Assembly: GCA_002269645.1 (NCBI GenBank)
Contig: NIVC01003749.1
Location: forward strand, 1 to 64,000
Origin: Macrostomum lignano
Lineage: Eukaryota
Reading direction: 5' to 3'
Length of the DNA stretch: 64,000 nucleotides
This document shows, in pieces, positions 31,211-46,200 of the stretch. The notes below the pieces were generated by a model. The model had not been told where the DNA came from, did not search any database, and saw only the letters and a program-made list of their open reading frames with translations. Numbering within the stretch: position 1 is the stretch's first letter; the number at the start of each line of letters is the position of its first letter. The position numbers and the translations under genes were made by a program.

Positions 31211-34200
31211 TCAGAAGTAGGTCAGATCTCTGGTGTCGTGCCTGCCGAACTGTCTCAGACTGATGTCACCTTCGGGATCGGCCGGTGGCTCTAAAAACAT
31301 AAAGAGAAAAACATCTTAGTTTCAATTGACATTATTGACAGCATTAGTTTTGATAGCAAACAACAGTTGTAGGCAGATAGAAGTTGACAGACACTGCAAT
31401 TTTGACAAAAATTATAGTAGATTTATACGAGCGCGTAAATTTTTGTATACGATCCCTACTTATAAACAGATCGACAAGTGAAAACGGTTTTATAGCACAT
31501 CTATATTCAATGAAAAGTAAATTTCTATTGATAATAATCTATTAATCAAAGAGTACAGAATGAAAGCTTTCAGTGATAAAAATAGGTCACTTATAAACTT
31601 TATGGGGGTCACTGTGGTGGAAGGCGCTGCAGGATCAAGGAGAGTCACTGGCGGGAAAGCACTGCAGGATCAAGGAGAGTCACTGGCGGCAAGGCACTGC
31701 AGGATCAAGGAGAGTCTGGCGGGAAGGCACTGCAGGATCAAGGAGAGTCACTGGCGGCAAGGCACTGCAGGATCAAGGAGAGTCTGGCGGGAAGGCACTG
31801 CAGGATCAAGGAGAGTCACTGGCGGGAAGGCACTGAAGGATCAAGGAGAGTCACTGGCGGGAAGGCACTGCAGGATCAAGGAGAGTCACTGGCGGGAAGG
31901 CACTGCAGGATCAAAGGGGGGTCACTGGAAGGAAGGCACTGCAGGATCAAGGAGAGTCTGGCGGGAAGGCACTGCAGGATCAAGGAGAGTCACTGGCGGG
32001 AAGGCACTGAAGGATCAAGGAGAGTCACTGGCGGGAAGGCACTGCAGGATCAAGGAGAGTCACTGGCGGGAAGGCACTGCAGGATCAAAGGGGGGTCACT
32101 GGAAGGAAGGCACTGCAGGATCAAGGAGAGTCTGGCGGGAAGGCACTGCAGGATCAAGGAGAGTCACTGGCGGGAAGGCACTGAAGGATCAAGGAGAGTC
32201 TGGCGGGAAGGCACTGCAGGATCAAGGAGAGTCACTGGCGGGAAGGCACTGAAGGATCAAGGAGAGTCACTGGCGGGAAGGCACTGCAGGATCAAGGAGA
32301 GTCACTGATTGCCAACAAAAACGATAGCATTAGCTAGCTAAACATGAATCTGAAATGCACTGCCAGACCAGGTGATCCCAGATACTCTGGAATGGCATTG
32401 AGGCCTCCAGCTGACGGTGGCGGCTTTACAGGGTGCAGAATTCGTTCGCCTTTCTTGGAGCCTGTCAGTTAAAGTGCAGAGCAGCGCGCAGAGGTTAGGG
32501 TAAAATAGTGTAAGCATCTATAAGCTTTTGTTATTAAACTAAATACATTGCTTTAAAATGCTTGAACAGCCTGGCTTAAAGTGCATGAGGGCCACATGCG
32601 GCCCGCAGGTCTTTTGAGCGTTCATAATTGCAATCCGGCCTGCTCAAGGTTTGTCCCTTCTCAGCTCTCTTCTCTCTAATCGGTTCTCTCATCTTTTATC
32701 TCATCTTTCATCTCCTCCTTCTTATTCTCAGTGGTCTAGAAAAACTGTTAGAAAGCATGTAAGTTTAGGTAAACGATTTTACAAGTTATTGTTATCGGTT
32801 ATTATAAATTAGCAAAAAAGCAAACCAAACGCATATAGTCCGTATACATGTAAAAGTGCATGCAGGTGTTTTTGCTATCGAATCAGCTAATACTCCCTAT
32901 ATTGATGGACGATTTTTATGGTTTGACAGCGTGAAATTTTAAGGATTCAACATTCATTGGTTATAGCGCTTGGTTTGCGCAATAAAACACATAAAAGTAC
33001 ACAATGTAATTCTCACAATAAAGTACATTCCATAAAGTAGTGCGAGTGTCTATGGGACTTAAAAGTACTCGTATATTTGGGCCCTGAAGTATACAGCTAG
33101 ATAAAAAGTAAAAACTCGGCCTAAAGTCCAGCCTAAAGCTAAAAGTACACCCAACCAAAAAGTACAACCGTAGCCTAAAAGTACAAAATCAACCTAAAAG
33201 TACTCACCGCCGCCCTCTTTTTTTCTCCGACGGCGTTTATCGCCGCGACGCGACGGCGAGGAGTTGTCGCCAAACGGCTGATAGCCGCGGTCTCCGTCAG
33301 ACTCTTCACCGTCGTCCTCGGAGACGGAGCGCTGATCATCCACGGCGGCCGCGGCAGCAGGCTGTTCCTCGTCCTTCTGCTTCCTGCGACTGTCCCGTCG
33401 TTGACGTCGGTTACGTCGCGGCTGACTGTCCCCGGTGGCAGCGGCGGCGGCGGAGGCATCAACAGCCTCGTCCTCGACGATGACGTCATCGCCGCCGCGT
33501 TTGTTGCGCCGACGCTGATGACGACGCTTCTCCTTGGCGTCGTTAAGCTGCGGATCGCTGCCCCGATGGCTTAGCTCGGCCATAGAAACTTTGTCCGGTG
33601 CGCTGCCGCTGGAGAGATTGCAAAAATTTATTTTACAAAAAATCCGTTCCTCACTATGCTACTGACAATAAGTAGAAATGCAAAGAACATGCAGTTATAA
33701 TAAGTCAGGAAATGGAAAAAAGTTCGGTAGGAAAAAATGCAGAAAAACGGCGTCATTACCAACCTGAGACAGTTTCTAACGGTAATTTTCCGAACCCTAT
33801 TTACTCGAATAAAAAGGACTTTGAATCGCTATAAACACCATACTGAAAAAAATAAACTACAGGAAAGTAAAACGATAGGAATAACATCGCAAAATACATG
33901 CATAGACAACATTTAAAACAACGAAGACATTTTCCGCCAGCTTTCTGGCTCTGAGAGCACCCACTGTTTTCGCTGGGGCAGGCTGGCAACGCTGCAGCTG
34001 GAGTCTTCGCCATCCGATATTGCGCTTGAGTGCAATGGTAAATCGATCAATGATTAGATGTAAAATTTCCGGGTTTGTTGATAATTGTTATAGTACACTC
34101 AGAAATCAATTTTTTAAAATACTCACTTAATATTGCCCGAACTCAGAATCTTGGGCACGCGGTATCGTTCACGCCTGATTTGCAGTTGCACCAGCGATGG

Positions 34201-37200
34201 AACATCCGGTATGACAGAGCTGATGAAGTACTTCAGCCCCAGAACCACATTCTGCGGGTTGGATTCAAGGGTTATTTGAGTCTGCAGTACGAGTTCAACT
34301 GGCTGGGAAAATAAGATCAAGTATCAGGACAGCTAGATGGAGTTTCGTGGAGATTAGATGGACTCTCAGTGATATTAGGCATTGTCTCGCTGAGAATAGA
34401 TGGAGTCTCAGTGAGATCAGATGAATTATCATTAGACTAGTGAGGGAGATAAAATTGAATCTGAGGCAGATTAGATGGAATCTGAGGGAGATTAGATAGA
34501 GTCTGAGAGATATTAGATAGAGTCTGAGAGAGATTAGATAGAGTCTGAGAGAGATTAGATAGAGTCTGAGGGAGATTAGATAGAGTTTGAGAGAGATTTG
34601 ATAGATAGAGTCAGAGGTAGATTAGATGGAATCTGAGGGAGATTAGATGGAATCTGAGGGAGATAAGATGGAATCTGAGGGAGATAAGATGGAATCTGAG
34701 GTAGATTAGATGGAATCTGAGGTAGATTAGATGGAACCTGAGGTAGATTAGATGGAATCTGAGGGAGATTAGATAGAGCCTGAGGTAGATTAGATCGAGT
34801 CTGAGGTAGATTTGATAGATAGAGTCAGAGGTAGATTAGATGGAATCTGAGGTAGATTAGATGGAATCTGAGGGAGATTAGATGGAATCTGAGGGAGATA
34901 AGATGGAATCTGAGGGAGATTAGATGGAATATGAGGGAGATTAGATGGAATCTGAGGTAGATTAGATGGAATCTGAGGGAGATTAGATGGAATCTGAGGT
35001 AGATTAGATGGAATCTGAGGTAGATTAGATGGAATCTGAGGTAGATTAGATTGAATCAGAGGGTTGATTGAATGGAATCTGATGGAGATTAGATGAAATC
35101 TGATGGAAATTAGATGGAATCTGAGGTAGATTAGATGGAATCTGAGGTAGATTAGATGGAACCTGAGGTAGATTAGATGGAATCTGAGGGAGATTAGATA
35201 GAGCCTGAGGTAGATTAGATCGAGTCTGAGGTAGATTTGATAGACAGAGTCAGAGGTAGATTAGATGGAATCTGAGGTAGATTAGATGGAATCTGAGGGA
35301 GATTAGATGGAATCTGAGGGAGATTAGATGGAATCTGAGGGAGATTAGATGGAATATGAGGGAGATTAGATGGAATCTGAGGTAGATTAGATAGAATCTG
35401 AGGTAGATTAGATGGAATCTGAGGGAGATTAGATGGAATCTGAGGTAGATTAGATAGAATCTGAGGTAGATTAGATGGAATCTGAGGGAGATTAGATGGA
35501 ATCTGAGGTAGATTAGATAGAATCTGAGGTAGATTAGATGGAATCTGAGGGAGATTAGATGGAATCTGAGGTAGATTAGATGGAATCTGAGGTAGATTAG
35601 ATGGAATCTGAGGTAGATTAGATTGAATCAGAGGGTTGATTGAATGGAATCTGATGGAGATTAGATGAAATCTGATGGAAATTAGATGGAATCTGAGGTA
35701 GATTAGATAGAATCTGAGGTAGATTAGATAGAATCTGAGGTAGATTAGATAAAATCTGATGTAGATTAGATGGAATCTGAGGGAGATTAGATGGAATCTG
35801 AGGTAGATTAGATGGAATCTGAGATAGATTAGATTGAATCAGAGGGTTGATTGAATGGAATCTGATGGAGATTAGATGAAATCTGATGGAAATTAGATGG
35901 AATCTGAGGGAGATTAGATGGAATCTGAGGGAGATAAGATGGAATCTGAGGGAGATTAGATGGAATCTGAGGGAGATTAGATGGAATCTGGAGGGAGATC
36001 AGATGAAGTCTCAGTGAGAGTAAGTAGATGAGACTGGGTGCAGCGAATTCATCACAGAAAGTTACCTCAACCAGCAGCACAATGGCCAACTTGGAGGTCA
36101 TATTGTTATACGTAGCCGCGAATTCATCCCTTCGAATCCAGGAGGCTGTAAAAGCGATGAGGCAGGCGTTGCTAATCACCCCGGCAACGTTCATGAACTC
36201 CACAATGTCGTGCCAGATGCCGATATTCTGCGAGATCATCGCCACGGGTCGGCGGAAGTTCCACAGCATCCGGTGGGCGTCGGTGGAGATGTCGAACAGG
36301 TTGGTGAGCAAGGCGATTAGCGGGGCCAGTGGGAAGGAGGCCGCAAACAGCTGTTGAGCAGGTTGGGGTTGGGGTGGGTTTATGTTGTCAGTTTTTAGCT
36401 ACTGAAAGTAGCAGAAGTAGCGTTTTTTAAACGGATTTATCTCATACCTCTTCCAACATCGGGATTTTCGTCGGGATCTCCCAATATTGGCAATCGGGAT
36501 TTACATAGGGATTTCCCAATTTTAGGATTCAGGATTTGTGTCGAGATCTCCCAATATTGAGATTCGGGATTTATGTCGGGATTTCCCAATTTTCTGATTC
36601 GGGATTTTCCAATATTGGTTTTGGGAATTTCCGTCAGGATCTCCCAATATTGAGATTCGGGATTTATGTCGGGATCTTCCAAGGTTGGGATTCGGGATTT
36701 ATGTCGGGATTTCCCAATTTTCTGATTCGGGATTTATGTCGGGATTTTCCAATATTGGTTTTGAGAATTTCCGTCAGGATCTCCCAATATTGAGTTTCAG
36801 GATTTATGTCGCGATCTCGCCATATTGGGATTCGGAATTTACGTCATGATCTTACGAATTTGGAATTCAGGAGTTACGTTGGGATCTTCCAATATTTGGA
36901 TTCGGTGCGGGACCCACCTAGAGCCTAGTTGAAACTGGTTGATGTTGCCAGTGCACAGCCTATACACTCCGCTATAGTAAGTCAAGCTCTAATTATCCAA
37001 AAAACCAACGCACCAGTAAGTAGCCGAACTGGATAATCTTCTCCATGTATTCCTCGATGGTGAAATTTCCTAGCGAAAATTTCTGATACTCGTTCACAAT
37101 GTAGGCGTTAACGTCTGTGGGTCTGGACAAATTGGATTCTCCAGTGTCCACCTGACTGCGGCTGCAACGCTTCTTGAGCGAGCGGAAAAGGCGCATCAGG

Positions 37201-40200
37201 TAACTGCAGGGTTTTGTGGGTGCATGCGGTACTAGTGCACTCGAGGACAACTATTAAAGACATCTTTTTGAGACACCTCTTGAAGACACCTCTTGAAGAC
37301 ACCCTCTTGAGACCCCTCTTTGAGACACTTCTTAAAGACACTTCTTGAAGAGACTTCTTGAAGACACCTCTAAAAGACACCTCTTAAAGACACTTCTTAA
37401 AGACACTTCTTGAAGAGACTTCTTGAAGACACCTCTAAAAGACACCTCTTAAAGACACTTCTTGAAGACACTTCAAGAAGACACCTCTTGAAGACACCTC
37501 TTTGAGACACCTCTTGAAAACACCTCTTTGAGACACCTCTTGAAAACACCTCTTTGAGACACCTCTTGAAAACACCTCTTTGAGACACCTCTTGAAGACA
37601 CCTCTTGAAGACACCTCTTTGAGACACCTCTTGAAAACACCTCTTTGAGACACCTCTTGAAGACACCTCTTGAAGACACCTCTTTGAGATACCTCTTGAA
37701 AACACCTCTTTGAGACACCTCTTAAAGACACCTCTTGAAAGCACCTCATTAAAACACCTCTTGAAGACACAACCTATAGACACCTGAAGACATCTCTTGA
37801 AGAAACCCAAGGCTACTTAATTCAACTTGTTACTACTTATGCTATTAAGTAGTCCTTGAAGAAACCCCCTGAAGACAACACCTAAAGACATCTTGCAGAA
37901 TGCCTTGAGAAATGAAAGAATTGAGACACCTCATAAAAATGATCTCAGACATCAGATGAATCGAACGGTTTCAAAACAACTCACGGAATGACGTGGTCCA
38001 TCAGTAATTTTGGCATCGGCTTGGCAATCATCAGGATGAGCACCTGCAGTGACAGCATTGACATGCAGTTTCCATCGGTGCCGCAGGTGTCCACAAATTC
38101 TTTTCCAAGACCAAAAATTCCATTTGGCGGCATGAAAATGTTGTCCTAAAATTCGGGCAGCGTATTATATGGTCATACTCGAGAATTCCATAAATTTTCA
38201 AAATGTTACGCAAGTTTGACCCGACATTTGACTCACCCCCCGAAAGAAAGCGATGTAGAACAGCGAACTATAGGAGTTAGCGAATTGGAAAGCAAACAGT
38301 TTCAGAATCAGAGCGTTGTCGTATTCGGTTTGAGTTCGATGGTTTTCTGAAATGCAAGGATTAGTTGAAGAAACGTTTTGAGCTTTTTTAGATGAGAGGT
38401 GCAGTGACGCCAAGAGGGAAGTTGTAGTGACGCCAAGAGGGAAGTTGCAGTGACGCCAAGAGGGAAGTTGCAGTGACGCCAAGAGGGAAGTTGTAGTGAC
38501 GCCAAGAGGGAAGTTGTAGTGACGCCAAGAGGGAAGTTGCAGTGACGCCAAGAGGGAAGTTGTAGTGACGCTAAGGTGGGAGTGTAGTGACGCTAAGGTG
38601 GGAGTGTAGTGACGCTAAGGTGGGAGTGCAGTGACGCTAAGGTGGGAGTGCAGTGACGCTAAGATGGGAGTGTTAATGACGCTAAGGTGGGAGTGTAGTG
38701 ACGCTAAGGTGGGAGTGTAATGACGCTAAGGTGGGAGTGCAGTGACACTAAGGTGGGAGTGTAATGACGCTAAGGTGGGAGTGCAGTGACACTAAGGTGG
38801 GAGTGTAGTGACGCTAAGGTGGGAGTGTAATGACGCTAAGGTGGGAGTGCAGTGACACTAAGGTGGGAGTGTAGTGACGCTAAGGTGGGAGTGCAGTGAC
38901 ACTAAGGTGGGAGTGTAGTGACGCTAAGGTGGGAGTGTAGTGACGCTAAGGTGGGAGTGCAGTGACGCTAAGGTGGGAGTGCAGTGACGCTAAGATGGGA
39001 GTGTTAATGACGCTAAGGTGGGAGTGTAGTGACGCTAAGGTGGGAGTGTAATGACGCTAAGGTGGGAGTGCAGTGACACTAAGGTGGGAGTGTAATGACG
39101 CTAAGGTGGGAGTGCAGTGACACTAAGGTGGGAGTGTAGTGACGCTAAGGTGGGAGTGTAATGACGCTAAGGTGGGAGTGCAGTGACACTAAGGTGGGAG
39201 TGTAGTGACGCTAAGGTGGGAGTGCAGTGACACTAAGGTGGGAGTGTAGTGACGCTAAGGTGGGAGTGTAGTGACGCTAAGGTGGGAGTGCAGTGACGCT
39301 AAGGTGGGAGTGCAGTGACGCTAAGATGGGAGTGTTAATGACGCTAAGGTGGGAGTGTAGTGACGCTAAGATGGGAGTGTAATGACGCTAAGATGGGAGT
39401 GCAGTGACACTAAGGTGGGAGTGTAATGACGCTAAGATGGGAGTGCAGTGACACTAAGGTGGGAGTGTAGTGACGCTAAGGTGGGAGTGTAGTGACGCTA
39501 AGGTGGGAGTGCAGTGACGCTAAGGTGGGAGTGCAGTGACGCTAAGGTGAGAGTGCAGTGACGCTAAGGTGGGAGTGCAGTGACGCTAAGATGGGAGTGT
39601 AATGACGCTAAGGTGGGAGTGTCGTGACGCTAAGGTGGGAGTGCAGTGACGCTAAGGTGGGAGTGTAGTGACGCTAAGATGGGAGTGCAGTGACGCTAAG
39701 ATGGGAGTGTAATGACGCTAAGATGGGAGTGCAGTGACGCTAAGATGGGAGTGCAGTGACACTAAGGTGGGAGTGCAGTGACACTAAGGTGGGAGTGCAG
39801 TGACGCTAAGGTGGGAGTGTAGTGACGCTAAGGTGGGAGTGCAGTGACACTAAGATGGGAGTGTAGTGACGCCAAGAGAAAAGTTGTAGTGACGCTAAGG
39901 TGGGAGTGCAGTGACGCTAAGGTGGGAGTGCAGTGACGCTAAGGTGGGAGTGCAGTGACACTAAGGTGGGAATGTAGTGACACTTAAGGTGGGAATGTAG
40001 TGACGCTAAGATGGGAGTGTTAATGACGCTAAGGTGGGAGTGCAGTGATGCTAGGAGTGTAATGATGCAGTGACAACCGTGAATCTAATTGCAAACTCAC
40101 CCCAGTTAGTCAGAGTGTAGGCAATCCTATCGTAAACCTGGAAATTATCGCGAAGAAAGCATTTAATTGACAAGAAACATTCGAGCAGTATGCACAAAAA

Positions 40201-43200
40201 AGGATTTTGTACAGCTCAAGTTCGACTAGACTGCTCACCTTGCCAATTACGATGATAAAAATTGCATTCAAAAGCGAACTGATCACGGCGTTGAGGATCA
40301 GACAGTTGGTGCTGCTGACCGTTGGGCAAACTCGAATGGTGACGAAGATTCTGTAGACAATCACGGCGGCCACTCCGATGAACACTATAAGGATCTGGGG
40401 GATTTGGACAATGGAAGCTAGTAGCATTTGGTACTTTTTGGCAGAGAATTTGCACCAGAAATTCATTGCGGATCTGAGAGGGTGGCATGACGGTGGCCCA
40501 GCAACTGAGGATCTGGGAGTCTGTAGCCCAGCAACTGAGGATCTGAGAGTCTGTAGCCCAGCAACTGAGGATTTGGGAGTCTTTAGCCCAGCAACTGAGG
40601 ATCTGGGAGTCTGTAGCCCAGCAACTGAGGATCTGGGAGTCTTTAGCCCAGCAACTGAGGATCTGGGAGTCTTTAGCCCAGCAACTGAGGATCTGGGAGG
40701 CTGGCCCATCAACTAAGGGTCTAGGAGGCTGGCCCAGCAACTGAGGATGTGGGAGGATAAGTGAAGCAGGAAAACCCCGTAAACTTCAAGACATATTTGC
40801 GCATAAAGAGTACCATGACAAGCAGAATGATGAATGACGTAGCAAACTTCATTGCCTGGTGACTACCCGGATAGTAAGAGTCCATTTTGCCAGTGATTGG
40901 ATCCTGAAATAAGAGGAATAAATAAACGAAAATATACAGTCACCACAGTCAGAATTAATTCTGCTTGATATAATAGAAAATAGTTTCTTTTAATCTTGTT
41001 CGCGCCCTATGACGCTGACCTCTTCAAAAGCCAACTGACAGCATACTGTTGTTGTTCGGAATCGTGTAAGAGTTGTGCTGGATTTTGATATTTAGGTCTA
41101 TTCGGTGCTTTATGCTTGTAGATTTACTCGCTCAGCGAGGGACGAGATTTTTTAATGAATGTACATTCAATGCCACGATAGATAGTCGCCTTATCCTTTC
41201 AGCGAGGGACGAGATTTTTTTAATGAATGTACATTCAATGCCGCGATAGATAGTCGCCTATCCTTTCAGCGAGGGACGAGATTTTTTAATGAATGTACAT
41301 TCAATGCCACGATAGATAGTCGCCTATCCTTTCAGCGGGGGACGAGACTTTTTTAATGAATGTACATTCAATGCCACGATAGATAGTCGCCTATCCTTTC
41401 AGCGGGGGACGAGACTTTTTTAATGAATGTACATTCAATGCCACGATAGATAGTCGCGTATCCTTTCAGCGGGGGACGAGACTTTTTCAATGAATGTACA
41501 TCCAATGCCACGATAGATAGTCGCCTATCCTTTCAGCGGGGGACGAGATTTTTTTAACGAATGTACGAGGTACAAAAACTCTTGAATAAGTCTTACCAAT
41601 CGTTCTCTAGTGCCAATAAATCCAGGTCTGTCCGGCTCCGAGTGTTCATAATTGTTGACGTCCCATTCGTAGGCCAGGGTTGACCGGTATCGCTTCCACA
41701 GTTCAGTGTGAATGGTGCCCCATAAGCAGATAATTATAGCGAATATTGGCGTCAGTAGATTATCGAAGGCCTCTTTTATGGTTGCTAACATGTCGTCGAC
41801 CAGCCCCATTACCCTACAAGGATATTATTAGCAAATAAGTTATTAGATAAATTGTTTTATGCAAGCTTTAAAACTGTTTGTCTTACTTTTGAATGTCAGT
41901 CTGAACCGTCGTTGTTACGTTAGGAGCCAAAGTTGTAGTAGCGGATGTTGTTGTTGACTGCCTTTGAATGCTGTAGAAAGGGTTTTTTAGGGCACTAAAT
42001 TTCTGAAAACTTCTCATATTGTCCCTATTCTTTCTAACAGGCACGGTTCTATCTAACAGGATTCGATTCAGTCTAACAGGATTCACTTCTGTCTAACAGG
42101 ATTCGCTTCTGTCTAACAGGATTCGCTTCTGTCTAACAGGATTCGCTTCTGTCTAACAGGATTCGCTTCTGTCTAACAGGATTCGCTTCTGTCTAACAGG
42201 ATTCGATTCTGTCTAACAGGATTCGCTTCTGTCTAACAGGATTCGCTTCTGTCTAACAGGATTCGTTTCTGTCTAACAGGACGCGGTTCTGTCTAACAGG
42301 ATTCAATTCTGTCTAACAGGATTCGCTTCTGTCTAACAGGATTCGTTTCTGTCTAACAGGACGCGGTTCTGTCTAACAAGACTCTATTCCATGTAACAAT
42401 AGGCCAATATGTGTAACAGGGCATGCCTAACAAGAAGCAGTTTTAAGTATATAGCACCCTTAAAACAAGGCACTACTCAGACATAGCATTCTCCACAATA
42501 CTATAAGTTTACAAAACACAAAGACAATTAAAATAATTTTACTTGTGCAACCCCAAAACATTGAAAATTTTGAATTAAACTTTTAAAAATTCATGCCATG
42601 CGTGTAAAATTTTTAATTGACATAATCTTCACTAATTTAAAACACTATATACAAACAGAAAGCAACCGGTTCCCCAAAAACGGACGGGTGCAACAGCAAT
42701 GCAAAGTAAATAAATCCGTTTAACAGGTTTCTCTTTCAAAGAAAAATTCTACCTCCAGGTTTTACTAGCAGTAGTATAGCAAGAATAAAACGGTTTATTC
42801 GGGTTTTAAATGAGGGAGAATCCAACAAAACAACAATTGAAGGGCAGGCAGGCAGTTTCACTTACAGTCTGAGCTGAGCGCTGCAACAAAGGAGATTGTT
42901 GAATTTATTGAATAAATGTGCTCGTGTCAACTCAGAGGTGCTGAATATCTGGTTCAATCTGGGAATCGGGGGGGGGGGCGCCAAATCTGGGAATCGGGGG
43001 CGCCAAATCTGGGAATCGGGGGCGCCAAATCAGGGGGGGGGCGCCAAATCTGGGAATCAGAGGGGGGGCTAAATCTGGTAATCAGAGAGGCGTCAAATCT
43101 GGGAATCGGGGGCGCCAAATCTGGGAATCGGGGGCGCCAAATCAGGGGGGGGGCGCCAAATCTGGGAATCAGAGGGGGGCTAAATCTGGTAATCAGAGAG

Positions 43201-46200
43201 GCGTCAAATCTGGGAATCGGGGGGCGCCAAATCTGGGAATCGGGGGCGCCAAATCAGGGGGGGGGGCGCCAAATCTGGGAATCAGGGGGGGGGCTAAATC
43301 TGGTAATCAGAGAGGCGTCAAATCTGGGAATCAGGGGGGGGGCAAATCTGGGGGCGCCAAATCTGGGAATCGGAGGCGCCAAATCTGATAATCGGGGGCG
43401 CCAAATCTGAGAATCAGGGTCGCCAAATCTGAGAATCAGGGGCGCCAAATCTGAGAATCGGGGGCGTCAAAGCTGGGAATCGGGGGCGTCAAAGCTGGGA
43501 ATCAGGGGCGCCAAATCGGGGGGGGCGCCAAATCTGGGAATCGGGGGCGCCAAATCGGGGGGGGGCGCCAAATCTGGGAATCAGAGGGGGGGCCAAATCT
43601 GGTAATCAGAGAGGCGTCAAATCTGGGAATCAGGGGGGGCAAATCTGGGGGGCGCCAAATCTGGGAATCAGGGGGCGCCAAATCTGGGGGGGGGGCACCA
43701 AATCTGAGAATCGGGGGGCGCCAAATCTGGGAATCGGGGGCGCCAAATCTGGGAATCGGGGGCGCCAAATCTGAGAATCAGGGGCGCCAAATCTGGGAAT
43801 CTGGGCGGGGGCGGAATCTGAGAGTCGAAAACTCAATTTAAAATAAATATAGTGATTGCTCGTACATCCCATCGTTAAAACCCTGATTACGGTGTTATCC
43901 ATCACTAAGCTCTCACCTGAGCACGAGGCCATAGATGAAGATGCCGATGCCCAGCACTGTTGGCACCCACAGCATGGAGATCATGTGACCAGACCAGGCG
44001 AAATAAAATGCAATCTTTTCGCCGAAATAATTTCGAACTTTGTCCAGCGGTTGGTACTTGCTTATTCGAGTCCAGACATTGTTGAGTCGGGCTCGCTCGT
44101 CTGGAGCATAGATCGAATTGAACTGGCAGTCTCCGACCTGTAGGACGGCTTGCAACTTCTTACCCTTGGCGATCTCTTCGTCTGTGGCTCGGTTCCGGTC
44201 GATTTTATAATCGCCAGGATAGGCCTTGAGCCAGTCGCGCTTCAAGCTCTTCACCCAGGGATCTTTCTCCGACGGGTCGTGCAGGATGAACGCGTCAGTG
44301 AAGACTTCGCGATGGAGCAGCTTTGGTAGGGCTGGAAAGTGGAATTGTTGTCAATCATTCAGTCGGCGAGACTTGTATATTAACAAGCTCGCCAATACTG
44401 TACGCAGGCTTTTTTGACTTTCTAATCCTGTGAGGCACGTACACTCCCTGTGCCTTGGGGGTTGGGCCTCATGGCTGTGAATCGCTCGCATTTGCAAGCT
44501 TGGTCATGCATTCACTGGCCCAATGGCAAGCAGTTCATTGCAGCCAACTTCCAGAAGCAGTCAGTGGGTAGCTGGCGCCCCCTGTGTAGCTGGCGCCCCC
44601 TGTGTAGCTGGCGCCCCCTGTGTAGCTGGCGCCCCCTGTGTAGCTGGCGCCCCCTGTGTAGCTGGCGCCCCCTGTGTAGCTGGCGCCCCTGTGTAGCTGG
44701 CGCCCCCTGTGTAGCTGGCGCCCCCTGTGTAGCTGGCGCCCCCTGTGTAGCTGGCGCCCCCTGTGTAGCTGGCGCCCCCTGTGTAGCTGGCGCCCCTGTG
44801 TAGCTGGCGCCCCTGTGTAGCTGGCGCCCCCTGTGTAGCTGGCGCCCCCTGTGTAGCTGGCGCCCCCTGTGTAGCTGGCGCCCCCTGTGTAGCTGGCGCC
44901 CCCTGTGTAGCTGGCGTCCCCTGTGTATCTGGCGCCCCTCTGTGTAGCTGGCGCCCCCCCTGTGTATCTGGCGCCCCCCTGTGTATCTGGCGCCCCTCTG
45001 TGTAGCTGGCGCCCCCCTGTGTAGCTGGCGCCCCCCTCCCCTGTATAGCTGGTGCCCCCCTGTGTATCTGGCGTCCCCTGTGTATCTGGCGTCCCCTGTG
45101 TAGCTGGCGTCCCCTGTGTAGCTGGCGTCCCCTGTGTAGCTGGCGCCCCCTGTGTAGCTGGCGCCCCCTGTGTAGCTGGCGCCCCCTGTGTAGCTGGCGC
45201 CCCCTGTGTAGCTGGCGCCCCCCTGTGTAGCTGGCGTCCCCTGTGTATCTGGCGCCCCTCTGTGTAGCTGGCGCCCCCCCCTGTGTATCTGGCGCCCCCC
45301 TGTGTATCTGGCGCCCCTCTGTGTAGCTGGCGCCCCCCCCTGTGTAGCTGGCGCCCCCCCCCTGTGTAGCTGGCGCCCCCCTCCCCTGTATAGCTGCCCC
45401 CCCCCTGTGTAGCTGGCGCCCCCCCTGTGTAGCTGGCCCCCCTGTGTAGCTGCCCCCCCTGTGTAGCTGCCCCCCTGTGTAGCTGGCCCCCCCTGTGTAG
45501 CTGGCGCCCCCCCTGTGTAGCTGGCCCCCCCTGTGTAGCTGCCCCCCCTGTGTAGCTGCCCCCCCCTGTGTAGCTGGCGCCCCCTGTGTAGCTGGCCCCC
45601 TGTGTAGCTGCCCCCCCCTGTGTAGCTGCCCCCCCTGTGTAGCTGCCCCCCTGTGTAGCTGCCCCCCCTGTGTAGCTGCCCCCCCTGTGTAGCTGCCCCC
45701 CCTGTGTAGCTGCCCCCCCTGTGTAGCTGGCGCCCCCTGTGTAGCTGGCGCCCCCTGTGTAGCTGGCGCCCCCTGTGTAGCTGGCGCCCCCCTGTGTAGC
45801 TGGCGTCCCCTGTGTATCTGGCGCCCCTCTGTGTAGCTGGCGCCCCCCCCCCTGTGTATCTGGCGCCCCCCTGTGTATCTGGCGCCCCTCTGTGTAGCTG
45901 GCGCCCCCCCTGTGTAGCTGGCGCCCCCCTCCCCTGTATAGCTGCCCCCCTGTGTAGCTGGCGCCCCCCTGTGTAGCTGGCCCCCCCTGTGTAGCTGCCC
46001 CCCCTGTGTAGCTGCCCCCCCTGTGTAGCTGGCCCCCCCTGTGTAGCTGGCGCCCCCCCTGTGTAGCTGGCCCCCCCTGTGTAGCTGCCCCCCTGTGTAG
46101 CTGCCCCCCCCTGTGTAGCTGGCGCCCCCTGTGTAGCTGGCCCCCCTGTGTAGCTGCCCCCCCCTGTGTAGCTGCCCCCCCCCCTGTGTAGCTGCCCCCC

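Noticed and set aside
33194-33583. Independent R/E-rich gene
   Set aside because: An in-phase acceptor at 33608 links it to anoctamin exon 34251-34127.
41130-41560. CRISPR-like array (also considered for 25170-26310 and 49440-50030)
   Set aside because: Head-to-tail tandem units without unique spacers, no cas genes, located in eukaryotic introns.
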